Shown in pieces: positions 8,806 through 17,266 of a stretch of 20,572 nt of DNA (positions are counted from its first letter, which is position 1; each line of letters opens with the position of its first letter). The notes below the pieces were generated by a model. That model saw nothing but the letters and a program-made list of their open reading frames with translations. It did not search any database and was not told the DNA's origin. The stretch comes from an uncultured virus (IMG/VR IMGVR_UViG_3300042691_055975). Taxonomy: Duplodnaviria > Heunggongvirae > Uroviricota > Caudoviricetes. The stretch is taken from the IMG/VR virus record IMGVR_UViG_3300042691_055975, one strand, 5' to 3'. The translations under genes were made by a program, and so were the position numbers.

Positions 8806-8837
8806 TTTCATCTCCTTGCTTTGGAGAGCGTTATCCT

Positions 8838-11800
8838 ATGTCCAAAGTGATGAGAACCGCTGCCTTAGTGGTGGGGGCTGTTGCGCTTGTAGCAACGGGG
8901 GTCGGAGCGGCCGGGGGCATCGGTATCTTCGGGAGCGTTGCGGCTGGCACGATGTCAGCGGCAACTGCCGCTACCTTGGCAACGGTCGCCTCGATCGGCA
9001 CCATCGCGTCAGTTGCCGCAGGCGCTTTGACGGTCGCATCCGTTCTCACCGCCAAAAAGCCAACGGCGCAAGCATCCGGGTCGCAGACGCAGTTCAGCGC
9101 CGACCCCGACGCCGGCATTCCCCTCGTCATCGGCCGAACCGGCAATGCCAGCGACATCGTGTTCCGGCGCGGCTGGGATACTGCCGACAAGGGCGACAAT
9201 GACCGTCAGGCATTTGTAGCGGTGCATTCCCTTGGTCCGATTGACGCAATCGAGCGCTTCACGGTCGACAAGTCGCAGGTGACGTTCAACAGCGCGGGTC
9301 AGGCCATCGGGGCGTTCGCCGGCTTTATGTGGATGGTGTCGCAACTTGGCGCGACGCCTGAACCGTCGGCCCTCTCGTTCGGCGCTGGTGCCGGGTCGCC
9401 CCCAGGCTGGACCACTCAGCACAAGCTATCGGGTAAAGCGGCGAGCGCATGGACGTTGCGGTTCGACACGAAGGCGAAGCTGTATCAAAATGGTCCGCCT
9501 GCGCCGATGTGGACTATTCGCGGGATCAAGGCTTACGACCCGCGCAAGGACTCGACTTATCCGGGAGGCAGCGGCCCGCACCGCATGGCCGATCCTTCCG
9601 ACACGGCGGCCTATGACGCTGCGGTCGATACGTGGGAATGGACCGAAGACCCTTATCTGATCGGGCTGCGCTGGGCGCACGGCATCTGGCAGCGCGACCG
9701 CAGTGCTTCTGGATCGGTTTATCAGCGCGTCATGGGCATGGGTGCCCCTTGGGAGACCATTGATGTCCCTGCCTTCGTCGAAGGGGCGAACGTAGCCCAA
9801 GCCAACGTCTGGAAAGTGGGCGGCGTCATCTATTCGGGTGACGGCAAATGGGACTCGATGAAGAAGATTTTGCAGGCCGGGATGGGCGAGCCGCTCACCC
9901 TTGGCGCGCGGATTTCCTGCCTCGTCAATGCCCCCAAGGTTTCGCTTGCAACCGTCACCGTTGATGATCTGGTGGGGCCGGGGAGCGTGGCAGCGACGCA
10001 GCCGCGCCGGGACCGGATCAACACCATCACGCCCCGTTTCCGACTGGAAGAGAATAATTGGCAGCTTTTGCCCGCCGCGCCGATCAGCGTGCCGGCGCAT
10101 GTTGCCGAGGACCGGGGGAAGCGTTCGCGGGTTCAGGACTATCCTTTCATCCAGCAGACGAAGCAGGCGGCCGTCGCGGCGCGGTATGACATCGAGAACG
10201 CTCGCGAGTTTGGGCCGATCAGTCTGCCGCTCAAGCTGGTGTGGATGGGGTATAAGCCGGGCGACTGTGTAACCGCGATCCTGCCCGAGCTGGGACTGAA
10301 TGGGCAGCCCATTCTGCTTCTTAATCGCGAACTGTCCCCTGCGACCGGCATCGTCACCATGACGGCGCGCAGCGAGACGGCGGGCAAGCATCCTTTTGCC
10401 CTAGGCCAGACCACGACGCCTCCGCCGACGCCGGGCGTCAGCGGTCCACCATTGGTGCCGGTTCCTGGCTCAGGAAGTTGGTCTATCGTAGCGAACAAGA
10501 TAGAGGCCGATGGGGCGGTATCTCCCGCCATCGTTGTGGCAGGCGCTACGGATGCTGCCACCGCCGAGGCCGTGGTGATAGAATATCGGCGGTTCGTCAG
10601 CGGGCAGTCGATGAATGCCGGATGGCTCTCGGCGGGGACTTTCGAGCCGTCTCTAACGCGCCACGTCATTACCGGAGTTGAGGGCGGAACGGCTTACGAG
10701 GTTGGGATCAGCTATCAGCGTCGGGGCGTCACGGGAGGCCGGCTCATCGTCGGGCCGTCGGAGACGGGTTGGACGGCGCTCGATTTCGACAATGTGACCG
10801 GCCCTAATAAGCCAGAGAACGGGGCGACCGTCGGCGCGACGCCCGAGCAGGTCAGCCTGATCGAGCAGGTCCAGCAGGAGGCAGCCGCCGCCGCGACGGC
10901 CGCTGCGGCCGCACAAACCCAGATTGCCGAAATCGAGGCCTCGATCGGGGATCTTGATCTCGACGGGCTGAACGATCAGGTCGCGGCGATTGAGAGCGGC
11001 CTGTCGACGGCGCAAGGAAATATCTCCGCACTTCAATCGACGTCGTCTGCGGTTCAGCAGGGTCTCTCCACGCTGCAAGGCGATGTCACGGGGCTGCAAA
11101 ATCAGGCGTCCAGCATTCTGTCGACCATCGGCCAAATCGGAACCGAAGTCGATCAGCTGAACGCTGCCGTCGTCACGCAGGGCGGGAGCATCCTCACTCT
11201 CCAGCAGAGCGTCACATCCATCGACGGCTCGGTATCGACGTTGCGTCAGCAGGTGCGCGCCGGCGGCAACCTGCTGACCAATACCGATTTCGCCGTCGAC
11301 ACGTCAGGATGGACCTTCAACAACGTCGGTCAGCCCGGCGCGATAGGCGGTCGCGACCTTGCTGGGGATGCTTGGCGGTTGCCGGGTGGTCACAATATCA
11401 GCATCACCCAACCCAATGCTAACGCGGGCAGCTACGCGGAGTGGACGCAAAAAGTCCCTGTCATCAGCGGCGCATGGTATGAGTTTTCCAGCCGTGTGGC
11501 GGCACACCGCTGCGCCGCCGAGATTATCCTCCAATGGCTGGACGCGAACGGTCAATGGATCAATCCGCCCCTGCCGCAGCAGAGCATTGCGACGTATCCA
11601 CAGGGCGGAACGGTCCTCGCAAATTGGTTTCATGCAGGGGTCAAGGGGCAAGCGCCCACGGGCGCAGCCTCCGCCGTGCTATACCTCCGCAAGTACGCGA
11701 CGAACGTTGGAACGACGGATAGCTATGCGTGGTTTTGCCAGCCCATGTTCCGCCCCAGCACGGCAGACGCCGCGTTCCCGTCTGCGTACTCACCTGGTAG

Positions 11801-14800
11801 CGCACAGGCGTCGATCGAAACGCAGGCTCAGGCGATCAGCACCGCGAATGGTTCCATCGCCACTCTGACAACCCGCGTCGGCACAGCCGAGGCAAACATC
11901 TCCAGTAACGCCACGGCCATTTCGACGGCGAACGGAAACCTCGCCTCTCTGACTACGCGCGTCGGCACAGCGGAAAGCAATGTCTCGACGCTCCAGCAGG
12001 CATCCTCGACGCAGGCTGGCCAGATCGCCACGCTGCAACAGTCGGTGAGCACGCAGGGCGCATCGATCACGTCTAACTCGCAGGCGATCACCACCCTGCA
12101 GGGCAGCGTCAGCACACTCAACACGATCGTCACGGCATCGAGCAGCCCCAACCTTGTGCCCAACGGCGGCTTCGAGAACGACCTGCGCGGCTGGTCATCG
12201 GGCTCTGGCAACTGGGGCGTCTACACCTGGGCGTGGGGTCGGTACGCCGAAGTCAACCAGCCCTATACGAACAATACCGGAAGCAACGTCTTCTTCTACC
12301 TGACGTCGTCGCCCTTCCTCTGCGCGCCCGGCCCTAACCAGCACGTGCAGTCGTTCGACTACGAACTGTCCGGCACCGGAGGCGTCCTGTGCTATGGCGA
12401 GATGGTCTGGCTCAACAGCGATCAGGGTTTCATCTCTCAGACCGCTACCAGCCAGCAGAACCCGAAGAGCTTCGACCAGTCGGGCAACACCCGCGTCAAG
12501 CACGTCCACACGGCGCCGACGAACGCGGCCTACTACGCGCAGTCCCGCTTCGTCATCGCCCTCCCGCCGGGTGCGACCCTGACGGGTGGCCGCTTCCGAC
12601 AGATGAAGGTGGAGTTGGGCAGCATTGCTACGCCGTACTCCGGGGAGGCGACTGCCGCCCAGATGTACACCGCGTATGCGGACCTCAACAGCAGCTTCGC
12701 CAGCCTGTCCACGACGGTGAGTTCGCAGGGCGGGTCGATCACGACGCTCCAACAGTCCTACACGTCGCTGAATGGGACGGTGTCGAGCCTGTCCTCGACC
12801 GTGTCGGCGCAGGGCAGCAGCATCAGCAGCCTGCAATCCGTCTCCTCTACGCAATCCGGGCAGATCGCCACGCTTCAGACGCAGGTGACGGCTGGCGGCG
12901 GCAATCTGCTCCAGAACACCGACTTTGCGGTTGGTTCGTCGGCGTGGGCTTTTGGAGCGAATAGTCAGTCGACCACGGGAGAGTTCGTGGTCGCTGGCGC
13001 CGCATGGGCGCTCAGTGATGAGAACGCTTTGCGAATATCGCAGCCCAACGGATCATCCTCGGGCTATGCAGATTTCACGCAGCAACTGACGGTTCAGGAA
13101 AACGTCTGGTATGACGTGTCAGCCCGTATCGCATCCCATAGATGCGCCGTCGAAGTCATCATTCAATGGTTCAACGGCAGCGGCACAGCGATTGCAGCGG
13201 ACAGCGCCGGCCCCCTCCATGCCCCCGGCAATGCCGGAGCGTCCCTGACGGGATGGTTTTGGTATAGTTTCAAGCGCCAGGCCCCGGCCGGCACGACGCG
13301 CGCCACCTTCTATTTCCGCAAATATGCCACGTCGTCTGGTCAGGGCGACAGCTATGCGTGGTTCTGCCGTCCCCAGGTGGTCGAGACGCGTGCGACCTCT
13401 GCATCTCCCCTCGCATATTCGCCCGGCAGCGCGCGGTCCTCGATCGCCATCCAAGCGCAGGCGATCAGCACGGCCAACGGGCAAATCGCGTCATTGTCTT
13501 CGACCGTGTCTGCCCACGAAGCGTCGATCAACAGCCAAGCAACAGCTATCAGCACGTTGCAGGGCCAGCAAGCCAGCCTGTCGTCCACGGTCTCGACGCA
13601 GGGCGCGGCGATCTCGATCCTGCAAACCGCGACCTCGACGCTGCAGGGCGACACCGCCACGCTGCGGACGCAAGTCACGGCCGGCAACCCGAACCTGCTC
13701 CGCAACGGTGGGTTCGAGATGGGCAACCTCAACTACTGGAACCCAGTCGGCGGCTCGTTCTTTGCCCAGGCGGGGACCGACACCTGGGGCACTTACGCGG
13801 CAAGCAACGCCAATGTCGCTGACGGTTCCTATACCCACATCGAGAGCAACAAAGTCGGGATCGAGGTCGACTGGTACACCATGTCGGCCGACGTCGGATA
13901 CTTCTGCACCGGCTCCGGGCTGGTGTATCTGGAGCTGGTCTTCTGGAACAACGACACATTCGTCTCCCAGACGGGCGGCCCCTCCAAGTCTCCGGGGTTC
14001 AACTTCAGCGCCGACGGTTCGACCCGGCGCTTCATGAAGGTCTCAGCCCAAGCCCCCGGCAGCGCCAACAAGGTCTCGGCCCGCGTCGTCTGGTACAAGG
14101 CAAACGGCGTCTCGCAGAGCATGCACGTCCGCCAGGTCAAACTGGAGCGCGGACAGGTTGCCACTCCCTATAGTGGCGAAGCATCGGCCCGGCAGAGCTT
14201 TGAGGCGCTTTCGACACTCACCAGCCAATATGCTTCGCTGTCCTCCACCGTCAGCACGCTCAACAGTAGCGTGTCGGTCCAGCAGACGGCGATCAACAAT
14301 CTGCTGGGCAAGACTGCGGCGTGGTGGTCGGTCGAAGCCGTTGCAGGCGGTCGCGCGCAGCTGCGCGTATGGGCCGATGCGGTCGGCGGCGGCGGTGTCG
14401 ACATCATTGGCGACCTGCGCGTCACCGGCAACGCGCTGATCGGCGGCACCGTCAATCCAGAAGCGCTGGCGCTCGATCGGTTCATGAAGAAAACCGTTGG
14501 CGGCGGTACAGGCACACCGGCGGCCGGGCAAAGCCTTCTGATCTACACCGCCAACATGGGGCAGACGCTTCCGAACGGGGTCTATTCGATCGAGTTCACC
14601 GGAACGTTGCAGACCAATGTCGGCCGCAGCACCGGCACGATCGGGAACAAGCCATCTTATGTGAACAGGTTGGCTGATGGTGGCATTCGGCTGGTTGTCA
14701 CCAAAGGCAGCACGATCGTCGTCGACCAGATCTATACGGCGGCCGAATGGATCACGGCTACCAGCACAAGCCTTCGCGCCACGTCTTTTGCCATCAACAA

Positions 14801-14975
14801 GGTGGTCGATCCCGATAATGACACCACCACCGGGGATGCGGTGGTCGCTATCTATGCCATTCGAGGCTCGGTAGACACCGGGCAGGTCGATAACGGCGAC
14901 TATTACCAACGAGACATCAGCGCCGAATATGTCGGGGTGGTGGCCAACGCCAAGGTTCGCTGGACCTTCATCTGA
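8838..14975 (+). CDS. Central tail fibre / tip attachment host-specificity protein (lambda J-like), 2045 aa
   Basis: N-terminal tip region (IPLVIGR, IRGIKAYDPR, WEWTEDP), FnIII-like segment (EYRR...W...GTAYEV), KPENGATVGA motif, Ser/Thr/Gln heptad coiled coils alternating with four NL(L/V)xNxxF-initiated beta domains, then a beta-rich C-terminus. Confidence 0.92.
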   Translation: MSKVMRTAALVVGAVALVATGVGAAGGIGIFGSVAAGTMSAATAATLATVASIGTIASVAAGALTVASVLTAKKPTAQASGSQTQFSADPDAGIPLVIGRTGNASDIVFRRGWDTADKGDNDRQAFVAVHSLGPIDAIERFTVDKSQVTFNSAGQAIGAFAGFMWMVSQLGATPEPSALSFGAGAGSPPGWTTQHKLSGKAASAWTLRFDTKAKLYQNGPPAPMWTIRGIKAYDPRKDSTYPGGSGPHRMADPSDTAAYDAAVDTWEWTEDPYLIGLRWAHGIWQRDRSASGSVYQRVMGMGAPWETIDVPAFVEGANVAQANVWKVGGVIYSGDGKWDSMKKILQAGMGEPLTLGARISCLVNAPKVSLATVTVDDLVGPGSVAATQPRRDRINTITPRFRLEENNWQLLPAAPISVPAHVAEDRGKRSRVQDYPFIQQTKQAAVAARYDIENAREFGPISLPLKLVWMGYKPGDCVTAILPELGLNGQPILLLNRELSPATGIVTMTARSETAGKHPFALGQTTTPPPTPGVSGPPLVPVPGSGSWSIVANKIEADGAVSPAIVVAGATDAATAEAVVIEYRRFVSGQSMNAGWLSAGTFEPSLTRHVITGVEGGTAYEVGISYQRRGVTGGRLIVGPSETGWTALDFDNVTGPNKPENGATVGATPEQVSLIEQVQQEAAAAATAAAAAQTQIAEIEASIGDLDLDGLNDQVAAIESGLSTAQGNISALQSTSSAVQQGLSTLQGDVTGLQNQASSILSTIGQIGTEVDQLNAAVVTQGGSILTLQQSVTSIDGSVSTLRQQVRAGGNLLTNTDFAVDTSGWTFNNVGQPGAIGGRDLAGDAWRLPGGHNISITQPNANAGSYAEWTQKVPVISGAWYEFSSRVAAHRCAAEIILQWLDANGQWINPPLPQQSIATYPQGGTVLANWFHAGVKGQAPTGAASAVLYLRKYATNVGTTDSYAWFCQPMFRPSTADAAFPSAYSPGSAQASIETQAQAISTANGSIATLTTRVGTAEANISSNATAISTANGNLASLTTRVGTAESNVSTLQQASSTQAGQIATLQQSVSTQGASITSNSQAITTLQGSVSTLNTIVTASSSPNLVPNGGFENDLRGWSSGSGNWGVYTWAWGRYAEVNQPYTNNTGSNVFFYLTSSPFLCAPGPNQHVQSFDYELSGTGGVLCYGEMVWLNSDQGFISQTATSQQNPKSFDQSGNTRVKHVHTAPTNAAYYAQSRFVIALPPGATLTGGRFRQMKVELGSIATPYSGEATAAQMYTAYADLNSSFASLSTTVSSQGGSITTLQQSYTSLNGTVSSLSSTVSAQGSSISSLQSVSSTQSGQIATLQTQVTAGGGNLLQNTDFAVGSSAWAFGANSQSTTGEFVVAGAAWALSDENALRISQPNGSSSGYADFTQQLTVQENVWYDVSARIASHRCAVEVIIQWFNGSGTAIAADSAGPLHAPGNAGASLTGWFWYSFKRQAPAGTTRATFYFRKYATSSGQGDSYAWFCRPQVVETRATSASPLAYSPGSARSSIAIQAQAISTANGQIASLSSTVSAHEASINSQATAISTLQGQQASLSSTVSTQGAAISILQTATSTLQGDTATLRTQVTAGNPNLLRNGGFEMGNLNYWNPVGGSFFAQAGTDTWGTYAASNANVADGSYTHIESNKVGIEVDWYTMSADVGYFCTGSGLVYLELVFWNNDTFVSQTGGPSKSPGFNFSADGSTRRFMKVSAQAPGSANKVSARVVWYKANGVSQSMHVRQVKLERGQVATPYSGEASARQSFEALSTLTSQYASLSSTVSTLNSSVSVQQTAINNLLGKTAAWWSVEAVAGGRAQLRVWADAVGGGGVDIIGDLRVTGNALIGGTVNPEALALDRFMKKTVGGGTGTPAAGQSLLIYTANMGQTLPNGVYSIEFTGTLQTNVGRSTGTIGNKPSYVNRLADGGIRLVVTKGSTIVVDQIYTAAEWITATSTSLRATSFAINKVVDPDNDTTTGDAVVAIYAIRGSVDTGQVDNGDYYQRDISAEYVGVVANAKVRWTFI
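11268..14180 (+). repeat. A-B-A-B array of predicted carbohydrate-binding (CBM4/9-like) modules inside the fibre
   Basis: A1 11268-11798 and A2 12903-13427 share NLLxNTDFAV, HRCAxE(I/V)IxQW, RKYAT...DSYAWFCxP and AYSPGSA. B1 12150-12647 and B2 13692-14180 share PNL(V/L)xNGGFE, WGxYA and RQxK(V/L)ExGx(I/V)ATPYSGEA. Confidence 0.85.
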
Positions 14976-15018
14976 CGCCATCAGGCGTCGCCCTTTTCAA
15001 CATCGTCAGGAGCAAATC

Positions 15019-15498
15019 ATGCTGCATTTGAAAACAGCCGCAGGCGAGCGGCTGGAGATCCCTGCCGTCTGCATCATGGCGGTCATGAAGCCGTGCAACG
15101 GCATCAACCCTGCCGCCATCATCTATGACGTCGGCACCGGCCCGCAGGCCGACCAGCTGGCCGATCAATATGGCTACGTGAAGAAGGCGGTGATCGACAG
15201 CCAGGGCATGGTCAATCCGCTTGAGGTGCGCATCATCGAGCAAGTGACGATTGGCACGGACGCTGACGCGGTCACCGGCTTCCACGAGGGTCGCATGTTT
15301 ATCGCGCGCGACCGGATCGTGGGCCGCCGCGAGGTGCTGGATGACCCGCATGGCGTGAAAGCTCGCCTGTTCATCCGCCTGTTCGACCGTCCGAACACCA
15401 TCAACGTCGCGGACACGCTGGACGAGATCGACGGCATCGAGCCACCGACGAAACCTGCCAACCGCACCGCCAAACCCATCCCCCTGCAAGGAGCCTGA
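15019..15498 (+). CDS. Hypothetical protein (159 aa) downstream of the fibre
   Basis: AGGAG RBS at 15008-15012 supports ATG 15019 rather than 14929; codon pattern matches neighbours. Confidence 0.75.
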   Translation: MLHLKTAAGERLEIPAVCIMAVMKPCNGINPAAIIYDVGTGPQADQLADQYGYVKKAVIDSQGMVNPLEVRIIEQVTIGTDADAVTGFHEGRMFIARDRIVGRREVLDDPHGVKARLFIRLFDRPNTINVADTLDEIDGIEPPTKPANRTAKPIPLQGA

Positions 15499-15501
15499 AC
15501 C

Positions 15502-15804
15502 ATGGCAAGCACTCCCCCGACCCGCGCCGAATTGCTCGACCAGCGCAACGAGATCGACCGCCAGATTGCCATGGCGAACCTTGATGGCCTGAAAGCGGCG
15601 CTTGCTGGCATGAAGGCTGGCAAGGTCGCGACCTTGGCCGATGATCTGCAAGCGATCATGCCCCAGCTCACTCCCGAGCCTGAGCTTGGCTCCGCCTACA
15701 ACCAGGTGCTGAACGTCATCAGCGTTGTGCGCAACGTGGCTGGCTTCCTCGATCGCGAAGTGACGAGGGTTCAGGCGATTGTCGATGCTCAGGATCAGTC
15801 CTGA
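15502..15804 (+). CDS. Hypothetical alpha-helical/coiled-coil protein (100 aa)
   Basis: AAGGAG RBS upstream; amphipathic helical composition (ELLDQRNEIDRQIA). Confidence 0.75.
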   Translation: MASTPPTRAELLDQRNEIDRQIAMANLDGLKAALAGMKAGKVATLADDLQAIMPQLTPEPELGSAYNQVLNVISVVRNVAGFLDREVTRVQAIVDAQDQS

Positions 15805-15853
15805 GGCTGACATGAGGGCCGCCATTATGAACATGCAACCGGGAGGCTCAGCG

Positions 15854-16270
15854 ATGACGCCGTGGATTGAGGCGGCCGTCGCCAAATACGGATGGATCGT
15901 GCTTGGGCTGACCTTCGGCCTGGCCGCGAAATATGCGCTGCTGATCAAGCGCGGCGTGCCGATTAAGCCCGTCCTTGTGCTGGCGGACATCCTGCTCCTG
16001 CCGATGGTGGCGTTGATCGCCTACTGGCTGGTTAATCAGGCAGGGGTGCATAACGAAGGAGCGGCGCTGATTACGGCGGCAGCGACGGTCGGCGCTGATC
16101 GCATCGTCAAGCTCTACACCGACCGGTTCATGCGGGGCGTGGACGCTATAATGGCCGATGAAGCCGCGCGTCGGAAAGCAATGATCCGCGAAGAGGTGCA
16201 GACGGAATTGAGCGCCGAGAGGACGCTGCAGGACATTGCTGAAGGAAAGAGGCCGATCGGCGGCGAATAA
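15854..16270 (+). CDS. Putative holin (2-3 TM segments, charged C-tail)
   Basis: GGAGG at 15842-15846 before ATG 15854. Hydrophobic stretches YGWIVLGLTFGLAAKYALLI, VLVLADILLLPMVALIAYWLV and GAALITAAATVGA. Immediately upstream of the endolysin. Confidence 0.6.
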   Translation: MTPWIEAAVAKYGWIVLGLTFGLAAKYALLIKRGVPIKPVLVLADILLLPMVALIAYWLVNQAGVHNEGAALITAAATVGADRIVKLYTDRFMRGVDAIMADEAARRKAMIREEVQTELSAERTLQDIAEGKRPIGGE

Positions 16271-16295
16271 CCGGGCGCGCAGCGCTGCGGCAGGC

Positions 16296-16318
16296 GGGCG
16301 CTTTCGAGCGCCCTTTTT
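16296..16318 (+). terminator. Intrinsic terminator between holin-like gene and endolysin
   Basis: Perfect stem GGGCGCT / AGCGCCC, TTCG loop, followed directly by TTTTT. Confidence 0.8.
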
Positions 16319-16332
16319 CATGGGAGAATGAC

Positions 16333-16881
16333 ATGGACGTCGACAAGCTGATCGATGACGTGATTGGGCGCGAGGGCGGCTATAGCAACCATCCTGCCGA
16401 TCGCGGCGGTCCCACCAATTTCGGGATCACCGAACAGGTCGCGCGCGCTTTCGGGTTCAAGGCCGACATGCGCACGATGACCCGCGTTACCGCCGTGACG
16501 ATCTACCGGCAGCGCTTCTGGACAGGTCCGCGCTTCGATCAGGTCGCCGGCATCTTTCCCCAGATCGCGCATGAGATGTTCGACACCGGCGTCAACATGG
16601 GGCCGGGGGTCGCCGCCAAGTTCCTCCAGCGGGTGCTGAACGTCTGCAACCGAGGCGCTGTCGACTATCCCGACATCACCGCTGACGGCCAGATCGGGCC
16701 GATGACGCTGGAAGCCCTGCGCGCGCTCAAGGCCAAGCGCGGCGAGAAGGCAGGCGATGTGCTGCGAGCCGCGATCGATGGCTTGCAGGCGGCACGCTAC
16801 GTCGAAATTGCGGAAAAGAACCCGAGCCAGGAAGCGTTCGCCTGGGGCTGGCTCGCTAGCCGCATCGGCGCGCTGGCATGA
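16333..16881 (+). CDS. Endolysin, glycoside hydrolase family 108 with C-terminal peptidoglycan-binding domain
   Basis: REGGYSNHPADRGGPTNFGIT (GH108 EGGY motif), FDTGVNMG, DGQIGPMT, SQEAFAWGW..R; GGGAG RBS. Confidence 0.95.
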   Translation: MDVDKLIDDVIGREGGYSNHPADRGGPTNFGITEQVARAFGFKADMRTMTRVTAVTIYRQRFWTGPRFDQVAGIFPQIAHEMFDTGVNMGPGVAAKFLQRVLNVCNRGAVDYPDITADGQIGPMTLEALRALKAKRGEKAGDVLRAAIDGLQAARYVEIAEKNPSQEAFAWGWLASRIGALA

Positions 16882-17114
16882 GCGACCGTCACGACCTCAT
16901 CGCCTATCTGGCGACCATCGCCGCTCTGGTCCTGATCTTCGCGCTGGCGCTGATCGTGTCCGCGATCCGGCCGGACATCATCGGCAAGATCGAGGCGTTC
17001 GGCCTCGGCACCATCACGGGCGGCCTCATCGGCATTCTGCGCATTCCCAGCGCCCGAACCGTGCAGGTCGACCAGCCCGCCAACGATCCCATCCCTGTGG
17101 AGCCTAAGACATGA
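16878..17114 (+). CDS. Small two-TM membrane protein of the lysis cassette (holin/antiholin or i-spanin-position protein)
   Basis: ATGA overlap with the endolysin; hydrophobic LIAYLATIAALVLIFALALIVSAI and AFGLGTITGGLIGILRI. Confidence 0.7.
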   Translation: MSDRHDLIAYLATIAALVLIFALALIVSAIRPDIIGKIEAFGLGTITGGLIGILRIPSARTVQVDQPANDPIPVEPKT

Positions 17115-17254
17115 TCCGCCTCCTGCCCCTCCTGCTGCTCGCGGGCTGCACCACCATGCCCGCCGTCAATTGCGCCAACGCTGATCGCGTCCGCGCAGCC
17201 GCCGCGCTCGCCCTTCAGACGCTCGACCGCGTCTGTCCCGCCACGTTCAACTGA
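17111..17254 (+). CDS. 47-aa lipoprotein (o-spanin-like), absent from the ORF track
   Basis: Translates as MIRLLPLLLLAG-CTTMPAVNCANADRVRAAAALALQTLDRVCPATFN*, with a LAGC lipobox. It has an ATGA overlap with the previous gene and fills the gap before the next RBS. Confidence 0.85.
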   Translation: MIRLLPLLLLAGCTTMPAVNCANADRVRAAAALALQTLDRVCPATFN

Positions 17255-17266
17255 AGGAAGATAGAC

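Noticed and set aside
8654..9202. 182-aa plus-strand ORF spanning the moron and fibre start
   Set aside because: It overlaps two better-supported genes and has the Arg/Cys-rich composition typical of off-frame translation.
446..14975. Gene transfer agent (RcGTA-like) cluster
   Set aside because: Several neck and tail genes resemble GTA homologues, but the 1176-aa TMP, G/GT frameshift, linked lysis cassette and morons indicate a long-tailed prophage.
11268..14975. Diversity-generating retroelement or invertible fibre cassette
   Set aside because: No reverse transcriptase, recombinase or inverted crossover sites are in the window. The repeats are diverged in-frame protein modules, not TR/VR pairs differing only at adenines.
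14973..14997. Hairpin GACGCC-ATCA-GGCGTC after the fibre gene as a terminator
   Set aside because: Short stem overlapping the stop codon, with the T-run offset by several bases; too weak to call.
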